64,000 bases of DNA from Candidatus Portnoybacteria bacterium (lineage in GTDB: Bacteria > Patescibacteriota > Minisyncoccia > Portnoybacterales > GWB1-42-6): positions 9,395-73,394 of the forward strand of contig JAQTYI010000002.1 in NCBI GenBank assembly GCA_028688325.1. The letters are read 5' to 3'. The notes under the pieces are model-generated. The model saw nothing but the letters and a program-made list of their open reading frames with translations. It ran no database searches and was not told where the DNA came from. This document shows, piece after piece, positions 8,820 through 18,640 of the stretch. Position numbers and translations under genes: made by a program. How positions within the stretch are numbered: the stretch's first letter is position 1; each line of letters begins with the position of its first letter.

Positions 8820-9848
8820 TTACAAGTATTTTTTATTTATTTCCTTCACAATATCATATCCGTTGCAATGCTTCAACATTCCCGAATATGACTGTAAACT
8901 CTGGCCAAACGACTCCTCCAATATTAATCCGTCCTGCCAATTATTATATTTGTTTTTAATATTTTTAAACATTCTCCTTCTGGTTTTAGTCCGCAAAATT
9001 CTATAATCAGGAAAATTGACCAAACCCAAAAAATCCACCCCCGAAGCCAATGTTTTAATAAAAATTTTATCCGGATGCAATTCTAATTTTAGCCCTCGTC
9101 GCAAAAATTGCCGTATCGGCTCAATTTGTTGCTCCAAGCGTTTTTTGTCATCAGAAAAAAACACGAAATCGTCCGCGTACCGTATATATCGTTTATCTTT
9201 CAATTTATGCTTGGCAAACTGATCAAATTTATTCATGTAAATATTCACAAATAATTGCGAGGTGAGATTGCCAAGCGGCAAACCAATGCTCATCCCCTTT
9301 TCTGATGGAAAACTATCTACCACTCCTTCCAGCAGCCAAATAATATTCTCATCCGGAATATACTCTTTTAATATTTTGACTAAAATTTTGTGGTCAATAT
9401 TGGCAAAGAATTTTCTGATGTCACATTTCAAAACCCAGCATGTTTTTGTGTTATTTTTACTCACCTTCCAGACAAATTCCCGAAACCTGTTAACGACTTT
9501 ATGTGTTCCTTTCTTCAGTCGGCACGAATATGAATCGACAATAAAGGTTTTATCAAAAAACGGATATAAAATTCTGTAAATCGCGTGGTGAAGCAATCGG
9601 TCACGGACGCCCGCCTTATGAATGTTCCTGGGCTTAGGATCATTGATTTTAAACGCTTGATACCCGCCGTGCTTATAGGTATGATTAATAAGGTCGTTGT
9701 GGAGCGAAAAAATATTGTCCATTAAACGCATAGAAAATTCTTGAACATCTTTTCGCTGTTTTTTACCCTTCAAAAATTCCTTCCATGCTTCCAGCAAATT
9801 TTCAATGTTAATTATATCTTCAAATTTATGGACCAATTGAATTTTCAT
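8820..9848 (-). CDS. DGR reverse transcriptase
   Basis: KCDIRKFF, GLPLGNLTSQ (DGR-type SQ), YIRYADD and DFLG motifs. 342 aa, no maturase or endonuclease domain, adjacent to a TR/VR pair. Confidence 0.95.
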   Translation of the reverse strand: MKIQLVHKFEDIINIENLLEAWKEFLKGKKQRKDVQEFSMRLMDNIFSLHNDLINHTYKHGGYQAFKINDPKPRNIHKAGVRDRLLHHAIYRILYPFFDKTFIVDSYSCRLKKGTHKVVNRFREFVWKVSKNNTKTCWVLKCDIRKFFANIDHKILVKILKEYIPDENIIWLLEGVVDSFPSEKGMSIGLPLGNLTSQLFVNIYMNKFDQFAKHKLKDKRYIRYADDFVFFSDDKKRLEQQIEPIRQFLRRGLKLELHPDKIFIKTLASGVDFLGLVNFPDYRILRTKTRRRMFKNIKNKYNNWQDGLILEESFGQSLQSYSGMLKHCNGYDIVKEINKKYL

Positions 9849-10227
9849 AAAAATTCGGCTTTTAACGCCCCCCCCCCAGACCCTTCCTTCACTGCTTCAG
9901 AAAGTAAAAATTCTTTACCTTTTATGGTACGGTTATTATCTGGTGTTGCCAAAAACCCATCGCCACACTTTGGGACAAAAAATAGATAATTTATTGGTAG
10001 AAATTATTGAAGCAATTGCCATTGCTATTTTCTTGAAACCCGAGGAAAAAATATCGTATGTCAGAATAGCAATCAGAAAAACTGACACTTTAAAAATTTT
10101 TCTAATGATACTTTGGGAAACTAAATCTTTGGATAATAAAAAATACATTGCTCTTTCGGAAAAATTAAACGAGGTTGGCAGAATGCTCGGCGGTTGGAAC
10201 GGACAACTTTCAAAACCCATAAAATAA
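9841..10227 (+). CDS. avd: DGR accessory variability determinant (Avd-like four-helix bundle); start codon uncertain
   Basis: LPKTHRHTLGQKID...LNEVGRMLGGW is Avd-like. The frame is open from 9841 (..PPPQTLPSLLQKVKILYLLWY..) with no ATG before the homology region. Confidence 0.8.
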   Translation: MFIKIRLLTPPPQTLPSLLQKVKILYLLWYGYYLVLPKTHRHTLGQKIDNLLVEIIEAIAIAIFLKPEEKISYVRIAIRKTDTLKIFLMILWETKSLDNKKYIALSEKLNEVGRMLGGWNGQLSKPIK

Positions 10228-10266
10228 AACTCTCCCGGCAAGCAGCCAGGAGAGAAATGAAAAGAG

Positions 10267-10397
10267 TTGCGCAACCCGCAGACGGATTGTCGGCGTTCCA
10301 ATCGTTGTCAAGCCAGTTGTAGTTCCAGTTCCACTCGCCATCGTCGTTGCGATAGAGATAGAGCACATTGCGGTTGCCGTCCGGGTTGCGAAGAATT
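10267..10397 (-). ncRNA. DGR template repeat (TR)
   Basis: 131-bp repeat of 10799-10929 with 10 AAY codons in the target frame. All 15 mismatches fall at TR adenines. Confidence 0.95.
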
Positions 10398-10655
10398 GTA
10401 TAGAATGCCTTCTATTCCACCACCCATTGAATTCTCTTTGGGTTGAATTTTATTCGACATCTCATTCAGCAGAATGACCTACTGGGTTAATGCCATAGCA
10501 TCTTACACCAAGTATCTTCATTTTTTGAAGTTTCTGCATACACCACTCTATCCGAAACCATAGTCGCGGATATTCTCAATGTATGGATACTGGTTTCGAC
10601 TGCGAGAAACCTTAATCGCTCGCACATTCATCTACTTCCATTCATATTTTAGCAT

Positions 10656-10691
10656 AAAAAAAGACCCCATGCATTTTGTTGCAGGAGGTCT
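10656..10691 (-). terminator. Putative terminator of the DGR target gene
   Basis: AGACCTCCTGCA-ACAAAA-TGCATGGGGTCT followed by a T-tract on the minus strand. Confidence 0.6.
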
Positions 10692-10787
10692 GGAAATGTA
10701 TTCGCACATTTCGAAAGCGTTGCGGAAAAATTTCCGCGCTCCAAGGACAAAGAACAAAGGATTCAAAAGATCCCAGATTCAAATGCC

Positions 10788-11474
10788 CTATGACTGACTT
10801 GCGCAACCCGCAGACGGACCGTCGGCGTTCCAAGCGATGCCAAGCCAGTAGTAGCGCCAGTGCCACTCGCCATCGTCGTAGCGATAGAGACAGAGCACAT
10901 CGCGGTCGCCGCCCGGGTAGCGAAGAATTTGGCCGAAGAAATCCAGGTAGGAGATTTTGAAATTCCGATAAAACCACTCGAGAATACTGTTTTCCTTGTT
11001 GGCCTGGTAATCAAGCCATAAAGCGAGGAAAACATTGCCTCCGAAGCGGATGAAGTCGGGTTTTTCTTCTTTCAGGCGGCGGAGCTTTTCTTCGCCCTTG
11101 ATTGACTTCTCGTCTGCCCGAAGGCAAGTTTCAAAAACAAACCTGGCAAGCTCAATTTCTGAGAGAGCCAATGAACGAGGATCAATGTCTTCCTCGCCAG
11201 TTAACCCGTCGCCGTCAATCGGACCTTTCCAGGTTGCCCAACCCTTGCCGAGAAATTCGGCGGGATTGAAGGATTGGGTCAGAACGGATTTCGGATCGCC
11301 GATGATGAAACGGCCGCCATTCTTAAGGAAAGCGGTGAAACGCTTGCCGAATTCCTCCGGTGAAAGATTGATAACATTTTTTTGAAGACGATCTCCATCA
11401 ATTTCGTCCCAACTAACTTGCGTCCCGACACGGGCCGCGACCTCCAGAGCTTGACCGCGAGAAACTGTTTTCAT
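10788..11474 (-). CDS. DGR target protein (228 aa) with C-terminal variable region
   Basis: Contains the VR. ATG 11474 is preceded by AAGGAG. No family recognised. Confidence 0.9.
   Translation of the reverse strand: MKTVSRGQALEVAARVGTQVSWDEIDGDRLQKNVINLSPEEFGKRFTAFLKNGGRFIIGDPKSVLTQSFNPAEFLGKGWATWKGPIDGDGLTGEEDIDPRSLALSEIELARFVFETCLRADEKSIKGEEKLRRLKEEKPDFIRFGGNVFLALWLDYQANKENSILEWFYRNFKISYLDFFGQILRYPGGDRDVLCLYRYDDGEWHWRYYWLGIAWNADGPSAGCASQS
10799..10929 (-). repeat. DGR variable repeat (VR) at the 3' end of the target gene
   Basis: 116/131 identical to TR; ends 3 codons before the stop. Confidence 0.95.
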
Positions 11475-11616
11475 GGCTATTCTCCTTTTCTGAATTTGCG
11501 CTTTAACCATATTTAATGGCTCTACGCATGTTTGGCTCACCCCTCATCCCGCCCCATGCGGAACTCCAAGATTGCCGTTATTTGCTTTAAATACGCTGTT
11601 TTTAATGTACTTTATT

Positions 11617-11645
11617 AATATACACCTTAATAAGATTCTTGTCAA
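11617..11645 (-). promoter_or_regulatory. Sigma70-type promoter for the DGR target gene
   Basis: TTGACA, 17-bp spacer, TATATT on the minus strand. Confidence 0.6.
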
Positions 11646-11764
11646 GTCGAGGTGCGGATTATACACAAATAAAACACCCCGTAAAATGCAGGGTATTTTA
11701 TTTGAGATTGAGCCTACAATAAGCGACTCTATCTCATTAAATTATCGTGGACGAAATTTACATA

Positions 11765-12547
11765 CTAATAAATTTCGTAAGTGAGATTCACATCAATGAT
11801 TATTTCGTTCTGGCCGGCTTGTATCTGCGGCACCACTCCGCCTCCGCCGCCCTGACCCCGCGCGTCGCTGGCGTACATCGGAATCGGCTGGCCCGCCGAG
11901 CTTTCATTGAAGCTGGTTATCTTGCCCAAGCTCACGCCCAAGCTCTTGGCCAGGTCGCCGGCTTTCTGTTTGGCTTGTTCAATGGCCTTAGCACGCGCTT
12001 CGTTTTGTTGCGCTTCGGGATTGTCGAAAGTGAAAGTCAGGGAGCCCACCTGGTTGGCGCCGGCCGTAGCGGCCTTGCTCAAAACATCGCCGACTTTCGT
12101 CAAATCCCTTATCTTAACATCCAAATTCTGCACAACTTCATAACCGATAATATCGCTTCTGCCGGAGATATATTGATAGCGAGGCATAACGCTGTAGCTG
12201 GTAGTCTTAAGATCTTCTTCTTTAACTCCCAAGTCCTTCATGGCCTGAGTGATCTTATTCATCTTGTCGGTATTGTCCTTTTGCGCCGCGGCCACCGTGG
12301 CGGCGTCGGAAATAACGGACAAAGAAACCTGGCTGATGTCGGGCTTGGCCACAACTTTCCCCTCGCCGGAAACGGAAATCGTATTTTTATACTGCGATGA
12401 CTGGCCGACATAGCGGCCTTCGATTATCTTGGTATAAGCAGCCGCGGCCAAGAAAATTATCAAAAACGCCGCTACCGCCAAAACCGCCCCCGGCAGATAC
12501 TTTGCCGGCGGAATGATCCTCAGATTGACATTTTTCTCTTCTATCAT
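11765..12547 (-). CDS. SIMPL/DUF541 domain protein
   Basis: TISVSGEGKVVAKPD...AGANQV...ARAKAIEQAKQKA, with an N-terminal TM segment. Confidence 0.9.
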   Translation of the reverse strand: MIEEKNVNLRIIPPAKYLPGAVLAVAAFLIIFLAAAAYTKIIEGRYVGQSSQYKNTISVSGEGKVVAKPDISQVSLSVISDAATVAAAQKDNTDKMNKITQAMKDLGVKEEDLKTTSYSVMPRYQYISGRSDIIGYEVVQNLDVKIRDLTKVGDVLSKAATAGANQVGSLTFTFDNPEAQQNEARAKAIEQAKQKAGDLAKSLGVSLGKITSFNESSAGQPIPMYASDARGQGGGGGVVPQIQAGQNEIIIDVNLTYEIY

Positions 12548-12571
12548 ATTTTTAAATTAATTATTAATTTA

Positions 12572-12940
12572 TTATTTATTATTTGCCGCTTTTTTTGCGC
12601 CGAATTCTCCGCTCCCGAAATGATGCGCTATCTCGTGGCGCACGGTATCTTGAACTAGTTTTTTGATGGCCTCGGGCGTATGGGCGACCAGTTCAATTGA
12701 ATTTTTAAAAATAGAGATCTTATCAGGCAGCGCCATCGTGTAAGAATTTCTCTGAGTCAGGGGAACCCCTTCATACAGTCCCAATAGGGTCAAGTCGCTT
12801 CTCAATTTCAGCTTTCTCAATTGTTCATTATTGGGCTCATCTTCAACCACAATCGCCACATTTTTCAATCGCGCCAAAAATTCATCCGGAATCTCGTCTA
12901 TTGCCTCCGCTACCAGTTTTTCAAATTCCCCTCTATCCAT
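12572..12940 (-). CDS. Zinicin-like metallopeptidase (DUF1025)
   Basis: LLGLYEGVPL..R, PDKISIF and HEIAHHFG. Native start MDRGEFEKLV; the upstream MNIAEFLLPG is encoded by the inserted element. Confidence 0.9.
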   Translation of the reverse strand: MDRGEFEKLVAEAIDEIPDEFLARLKNVAIVVEDEPNNEQLRKLKLRSDLTLLGLYEGVPLTQRNSYTMALPDKISIFKNSIELVAHTPEAIKKLVQDTVRHEIAHHFGSGEFGAKKAANNK

Positions 12941-12941
12941 A

Positions 12942-13071
12942 CCAGGTAGTAGAAATTCGGCTATATTCATAAATCCGAATGGACTTGATCAAGCTTGCCA
13001 AACTCCATGATTTTATCTATTTTTACCAGTTAGCGATGATTCGGTTAAACAGCCGAATTTTCACTACCTGG
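12942..13071. mobile_element. MITE-like element copy 1 (130 bp) inserted at a start codon
   Basis: 20-bp TIRs CCAGGTAGTAGAAATTCGGC / GCCGAATTTTCACTACCTGG (18/20). Flanking direct repeat CATA (TATG on the coding strand). Confidence 0.85.
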
Positions 13072-13188
13072 CATATATATTTCATTATACAATAAAACAG
13101 AGAAAGATTAAAATAAAATGAAAAGGCCCCGGTTTTAAGGGGCTTTTTCATTTGTTATTCGCTATATGCTATTTGCTAATAGCTAATT

Positions 13189-14973
13189 TTATCTGTTCGC
13201 CCGGGTCCTGTCGACCGCGGTCAGAAGCTGTTTTCGCAAACGGATGCTTTTTGGCGTGACTTCCAAATACTCATCCGCGTTCATTATTTCCAACCCCCGC
13301 TCCAAGGTCAAATCCAGCGGCGGAGTCAGATTGATGGCTTCATCCGTGCTTTTGGAGCGCATATTGGTCAACTGCTTTCCCTTAATGGGGTTCACGCTCA
13401 GATCCTCGCCCTTGGAGGTATTGCCGATGACCATTCCTTCATAAACTTCAACGCCGGCGTCGATATAAAGCACGCCGCGTTCTTGTAAATTATAAAGCGA
13501 AAAGCCCAGCGCCTTGCCGGTCATCATAGAGATCATGGAGCCGACGGAACGGCGCGAGATGTCGCCGGCATACGGCTTGAAACCGACAACCCTGCTGCTC
13601 AAAATTCCTTCGCCTCGCGTATCGATGACAAATTCGCTCCGGTAGCCCAAAAATCCGCGCGTTGGGATCTCAAACATCAAGCGCATATGGCTTTGCTCCG
13701 GTTTCATTTCAACCATTGAACCCTTCCGGCGCGACAGTTTGTCCATCACCGCGCCCACCATGTCGCTGGGCACATCAATGGTTAATTCCTCGAACGGCTC
13801 CAATTTTTGGCCGTCTTGTTCCTTGATAATAACTTGGGGTTGGGAAACCTGCAGCTCATAGCCCTCGCGGCGCATATTTTCCAGCAAAATGGCGATATGC
13901 AATTCGCCGCGACCGTAGACCTTAAAATATTCGCTGGCTGAAAAATCAACCTTGAGCCCCACATTGACTTCCAGCTCCCGTTCCAAGCGTTCGCGGATTT
14001 GGCGGGTCGTCACGAATTTACCCTCACGGCCGGCAAAAGGAGAATTGTTGACCAAAAAATTAAGAGAGATAGTCGGCTCGTCGATATTGATGGCCGGCAA
14101 GGCCTCCTGCGTTTCGTTCTGGCAGATTGTCTCACCGATAAAAATATCGGGCAAGCCCGCCACCATCACAATGTCGCCGGCCGAGGCCTCGTCTGCTTCA
14201 ATGCGTTCCAAGCCCTTGAACGAAAAATTTTTGGTAATTTTTCCCGAGCGCGCCTCGCCCGTCGGCTTTTTAATGAAAACACTCATACCCGGCTTGATGG
14301 TTCCCTCATACAGGCGCCCAATGGCCAAACGGCCCAAAAAATTATCATAAGCCAGATTGAACGGCTGAAAACGCAATTCTTTGGCCGTTGCTTCCAGCGA
14401 AGAAGCCACTGGCACTTCTTTTAAAATTGTTTCGAGTAGCGGAGTCAGATCGTTTGATTCGTCGGTTAATTTCAACTTGGCAATCCCCTGTTTGGCGATA
14501 GCAAAAACCGTTGCAAAATTTAATTGCTCGTCATTGGCGCCCAGATCCATAAAAAGCTCCAGCACCGCGTTATGGGTCCACTCGGGCCTGGCCGCGGGTT
14601 TGTCTATCTTGTTTATGACGACTATGGGCTTGATTCCCAGTTCCAGAGATTTTTTCAGCACAAATTTCGTTTGCGGCATCGGGCCCTCCTGCGCGTCCAC
14701 CACCAGCAAAACCGAATCGATGGAGCGCAAAATGCGCTCAACCTCGGAGCCGAAATCGGCGTGGCCGGGAGTATCCACGATATTTATTTTCGTATCTTTG
14801 TAAAAGATAGACGCGTTCTTTGAATAAATAGTGATGCCTCGCTCCTGTTCCAGATCGTTTGAGTCCATGCTCACGCCCGCGGCCGCCACGCCTGTTTGCT
14901 GCAACAGGGCGTCGGTCAGGCGCGTTTTTCCATGGTCCACATGAGCGATAATGGCAATATTGCGAATCTCCAT
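13189..14973 (-). CDS. typA: Translational GTPase TypA/BipA
   Basis: IAHVDHGKT, DTPGHADF, GRGELH and ENMRREGYE motifs. Confidence 0.97.
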   Translation of the reverse strand: MEIRNIAIIAHVDHGKTRLTDALLQQTGVAAAGVSMDSNDLEQERGITIYSKNASIFYKDTKINIVDTPGHADFGSEVERILRSIDSVLLVVDAQEGPMPQTKFVLKKSLELGIKPIVVINKIDKPAARPEWTHNAVLELFMDLGANDEQLNFATVFAIAKQGIAKLKLTDESNDLTPLLETILKEVPVASSLEATAKELRFQPFNLAYDNFLGRLAIGRLYEGTIKPGMSVFIKKPTGEARSGKITKNFSFKGLERIEADEASAGDIVMVAGLPDIFIGETICQNETQEALPAINIDEPTISLNFLVNNSPFAGREGKFVTTRQIRERLERELEVNVGLKVDFSASEYFKVYGRGELHIAILLENMRREGYELQVSQPQVIIKEQDGQKLEPFEELTIDVPSDMVGAVMDKLSRRKGSMVEMKPEQSHMRLMFEIPTRGFLGYRSEFVIDTRGEGILSSRVVGFKPYAGDISRRSVGSMISMMTGKALGFSLYNLQERGVLYIDAGVEVYEGMVIGNTSKGEDLSVNPIKGKQLTNMRSKSTDEAINLTPPLDLTLERGLEIMNADEYLEVTPKSIRLRKQLLTAVDRTRANR

Positions 14974-15257
14974 AAAATTTAAATTTATGACTCGAGCAAA
15001 TCAAGGACTTCCTTATTATACTATAATTTATCCCGAGCTCAGCGAGGGAAAACAAAAACTGCCCGAAAGCAGTATAAAAATATTATTCCTCGAGCGAAGC
15101 CCTGAGCGCAGTCGAGAGGTCTTACCACTTGCTTATTCCAAGTTTACCACGAAACTTTAAAAATGGCAAATATATTCCCGCGCCTATGCGCAAATGCGGA
15201 AACAAAAAGAAGTCGGAGTGAGTATGGCTCCGAAGTGGAAACTAATGAACACGCGGG

Positions 15258-16238
15258 TTAAGTCCCGCATTGAGCGCTGACGCCGGAGCTGACTCCGGTA
15301 CCAAAACCCGGCGCCGGCTCAACGGACGATAATTTTTCATCGCACTCGCCCGGCTTATTCGTAAAAGCGGAGCAAACCGCATCCAGCAACGATTGAGGAT
15401 TCCTATTCGGCTGGACCATCTTGCCGTTTATCACCAGAGCCGGAGAACCCTGAACACCATATCTGGCGTTGTCGGCCTGATTAATATCGAATGGCGGAAA
15501 AGACGAATTTCGCCACTGGCTTTTATCAGCCGCTTTGGCGTTGATCTTGAATTGCGCGTCTGTTTGCCCGACGCAACTTGCCACATCAACCTTGGCAGCG
15601 CTCAAACAGAAGTTTGAATCCCCTTGTTTAACAAAGCAACTCAGATAAGCATCCAGCTTGTCCAGTCCTTTTTTTTGAATGCAATATTGCCTGAGATTTT
15701 CATCTATTTCTTTCTGACCGTGCATAGCGTAATCCACGAACTTCAGCTGAAAATTAATCTTTGACTCCAGCAATTCCACCACCGGCAAGATTCCTTTTTC
15801 GATCTGCAAACCATAAGGGCAATAACTCATCACAAACAGCTCCACATCCGGCTTATCCGTTTTAGCGATGTCGCGGTTGGCATTTTGGGCCGGATTAGCC
15901 GATGCCGACGGGCTGGTCTGCTCCGTCTTCTGCTCATCTATATTATAAACTTGCGGATAAAAATTCTTGCCGTCCTTGCTGATATAAGCCGCGATCTCCT
16001 GCGCCCCCACGCCGACCAGAATTTTATACATTCCGTTTTCTTCAACAATACTTTTGACCGCCGCATTAGTTCCGGGCTGGACTAGCTGTTCATTGATGAA
16101 TTTTTCCGCTTTTGTCTTTATCGCTTCCATCTGGCTGGCCGAAACTGAGCCGCCGTTTCCTTTGGCAGAATAAAAATACGCTCCCGTTCCCAGGGCTATC
16201 AATATCAAACTAACGGCGATGATTTTTTTGTCCTGCAT
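15258..16238 (-). CDS. Membrane-anchored thioredoxin/DsbA-fold protein
   Basis: FVMSYCPYG and YGVQGSPALVING motifs, with an N-terminal TM segment. Confidence 0.75.
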   Translation of the reverse strand: MQDKKIIAVSLILIALGTGAYFYSAKGNGGSVSASQMEAIKTKAEKFINEQLVQPGTNAAVKSIVEENGMYKILVGVGAQEIAAYISKDGKNFYPQVYNIDEQKTEQTSPSASANPAQNANRDIAKTDKPDVELFVMSYCPYGLQIEKGILPVVELLESKINFQLKFVDYAMHGQKEIDENLRQYCIQKKGLDKLDAYLSCFVKQGDSNFCLSAAKVDVASCVGQTDAQFKINAKAADKSQWRNSSFPPFDINQADNARYGVQGSPALVINGKMVQPNRNPQSLLDAVCSAFTNKPGECDEKLSSVEPAPGFGTGVSSGVSAQCGT

Positions 16239-16311
16239 TTTTTTAGTTTAAAATATTTAATACCCGCTAATTTTAACCGATTCGCTTTTTGGCGTCAATG
16301 AATAAACTAAA

Positions 16312-17241
16312 TCAGTTCGGCGTGCAAACAGCGTCGAGTTCTTTTTGGTCCGCCGCGGTCGGCTTATCGTTCGCGCTGATATTTAATTTATACATTATGG
16401 CTTTAGGATCATCTGCGTGAGGAAGACCAAGCGCGTGGCCGAGCTCGTGCGCCAGAAGCCGCACCAGCTTTTCACGGCTGCTGAATTCGTAAATATTGAT
16501 AGCTTGATTTCCGTTGTTGACCTCATAATCTCCTTCGGTGAATTCTTCGCCGCGAGAGGCACCGATTTCATTATATTTTTCCACATTCAAATTAAGGACC
16601 GACACCAGGCGGTTCAGCGCCAGCGCCAAGGAATTTATTTCGGACACATATTCGTTCAAGGCGGCTTCCATTTTCTGTATATCGGTTAACTCGGCTTTTA
16701 TGGTCGTTTCTTCCGCTCGAAGACGGTCGTATTCGGCTTTCGACGCGCTCCTGCCCTTATTAAAAGATTGCACTTTCTGATTATAAGCGGCTTGTCTCTG
16801 GTTAAACAACGCCAAACGCGCGTCGTAAGCCGCTTTTGCCTGGCTATATTGCGCGTTAAGCGTGTTATATCTCGCTTTTAAACTGTCATACGAGGCCCTG
16901 TCTTCATTCACCGTAATACCCAAGTCATTGAGCTTATCGGTTGCCCGCTGGCGGTAATCATAAATAAGATTTATTTTCAGCTCTCCGCTATCGGTGTAAC
17001 CAAAAAGCTGCTTGCCGGCCGTTTTCTCCCATATTGTACCCGCCTCTTTAACAGCTGACAAAAGATCATTTTTGGACAAGCCGAATTTATCATCGAATAA
17101 GCCGAGCGAATAAGTTATGGGCTTTTCACACGGAGCGTAGATGGAAGAAAATCTCACCAAATTTTCTATCTGATGCCGGAAAATAAATCCCGCGATAATC
17201 AGCAATACTGCTGCGATAATGTCGACTAACTTTATTTTCAT
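16312..17241 (-). CDS. Matrixin (M10)-like metalloprotease with coiled-coil insert
   Basis: HELGHALGLPH...AIMY Met-turn. Confidence 0.85.
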   Translation of the reverse strand: MKIKLVDIIAAVLLIIAGFIFRHQIENLVRFSSIYAPCEKPITYSLGLFDDKFGLSKNDLLSAVKEAGTIWEKTAGKQLFGYTDSGELKINLIYDYRQRATDKLNDLGITVNEDRASYDSLKARYNTLNAQYSQAKAAYDARLALFNQRQAAYNQKVQSFNKGRSASKAEYDRLRAEETTIKAELTDIQKMEAALNEYVSEINSLALALNRLVSVLNLNVEKYNEIGASRGEEFTEGDYEVNNGNQAINIYEFSSREKLVRLLAHELGHALGLPHADDPKAIMYKLNISANDKPTAADQKELDAVCTPN

Positions 17242-17275
17242 AAAAAACTTAAAAAATAAATATTCCACGCGATAC

Positions 17276-17309
17276 AACATTCTCACATTCTTGAGAATGT
17301 GAGAATGTT
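17276..17309. repeat. Perfect intergenic palindrome
   Basis: AACATTCTCACATTCT-TG-AGAATGTGAGAATGTT. Confidence 0.8.
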
Positions 17310-17310
17310 A

Positions 17311-17862
17311 TTATTTAAAGCGCACAGGCAAGGAAATTGAATCTTCAAATTCCGGCAAGCCGGACGGATTGTCTTTTTCCAAAACCAGCATTCCGGTGGC
17401 GGTTTGCGGCAAAGTAAATTCCAGCACGACTTCAAAGGGCACAAATTCCGTAGTCATCCAGTCGCTTTGCGCCTGCGCCGGTTTGATTGCCAGCTGCCTG
17501 CCTTGGCCATCAAATAATTTAACGGGGAAAGACGCTTCAAAATACCATGCGCCCCTGGCCCGGCCGGCCACTTTTAGCGGGCTTTGCACGATGGCGTTAA
17601 GTAGTGGCGCGCTGACTTCGATTTTTTCGTTGCCGACCGGAACAATTTCAGTAAAATTTTTATCGCCCGCTCGGCACCGGCGCGGATAGCTTTCCATAAC
17701 GGGATTGCCCATTGCTGCGCATTTTTCAAAGCTGTCTATCACTCTGTTTTTTTGCCAATCAAACACCAAGCACCAATCGCTCTGGCACCAAAAAAGAAAA
17801 ACTGACACCATCGCTCCGGCGCCAACCAAAATTATCGTTAAAATAATATAAATTGATTTCAT
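17311..17862 (-). CDS. Gmad2 immunoglobulin-like domain protein
   Basis: [35 protein letters not shown] and DNPSG motifs. Confidence 0.8.
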   Translation of the reverse strand: MKSIYIILTIILVGAGAMVSVFLFWCQSDWCLVFDWQKNRVIDSFEKCAAMGNPVMESYPRRCRAGDKNFTEIVPVGNEKIEVSAPLLNAIVQSPLKVAGRARGAWYFEASFPVKLFDGQGRQLAIKPAQAQSDWMTTEFVPFEVVLEFTLPQTATGMLVLEKDNPSGLPEFEDSISLPVRFK

Positions 17863-18155
17863 TTCTGCTTCGTGCAATGTCTTAGCCCTGTGGAGGTCTG
17901 ACTTCCACAGAATTTAATCAGATCTATCTTCTTTTTTCTCGGCCAAGTTTTAATTTCCGCTTCGCGGCGGCGGGCCTTTAAGAGAGCTTTGAATTTTTCC
18001 GAGTGTTTTAGGATAACGGGCCGGCGGATTTTAGTGTAGTGCGCGCCTTGCTTGGAATTGTTGTGCTGATGCAATCTTTTTTCCAGGTCGTTGGTGCAGC
18101 CGACATACAGGGACTTGTCGACGCATTCGAGGATGTAGGTATAGTAATATGGCAT
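17859..18155 (-). CDS. Stand-alone GIY-YIG nuclease (UPF0213-like)
   Basis: [30 protein letters not shown]...RP. Confidence 0.9.
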   Translation of the reverse strand: MPYYYTYILECVDKSLYVGCTNDLEKRLHQHNNSKQGAHYTKIRRPVILKHSEKFKALLKARRREAEIKTWPRKKKIDLIKFCGSQTSTGLRHCTKQK

Positions 18156-18640
18156 CGGACTTTGTCGTTCATTATAAAACTTCTTCTTTTCTCTCTGGCT
18201 TTCTACTAAATTCTTCCGTTAATTTTCTAAATGACTCCTTCCCCAAGAAACCTTCTGTGGTCCGAGCGAGTGGAAAAAATTACCGTATTGGGAAGGAGGG
18301 ATTCGGTTTCGGTTCTCGGCTCGCCGTCGCTCGCCTCGGCCTAACCACCGCCTCGCGGCGCCAGAGAAGAGGCAAACACAGTAAGATGTACTTGAGTTTT
18401 ACCCTCGCAGTTTCACTGCTCGGGGTCTTTTTCTTTTTTATTTAATTTTGCTCTAATTCTGCTGAATTTTCGCAAAATACTAAGGAAACGGAAAAGAGTT
18501 GACTGACTCGTTGTGAACCTATACCTATCAAGCATTATAGAGCTTTCTTGGACATTTTTCCAGAGCCAAACCGACGCAGCCCGGTAGAGGTCAAAAATAC
18601 TAAGAGACCAGATAAAGCCGTGTCTCGTTTTACTAATCCG

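Noticed and set aside
8820-9848. RT as a group II intron, retron or CRISPR-associated RT
   Set aside because: No maturase domain or cas genes; the SQ motif, Avd and an adenine-specific TR/VR pair identify a DGR.
10121-10366. 81-aa Asn-rich ORF resembling the target C-terminus
   Set aside because: It is the TR read in the target frame and overlaps avd antisense; not treated as a gene.
18288-18430. Second tRNA gene
   Set aside because: Only 18 bp match a tRNA 3' end and no cloverleaf follows; read as an att remnant.
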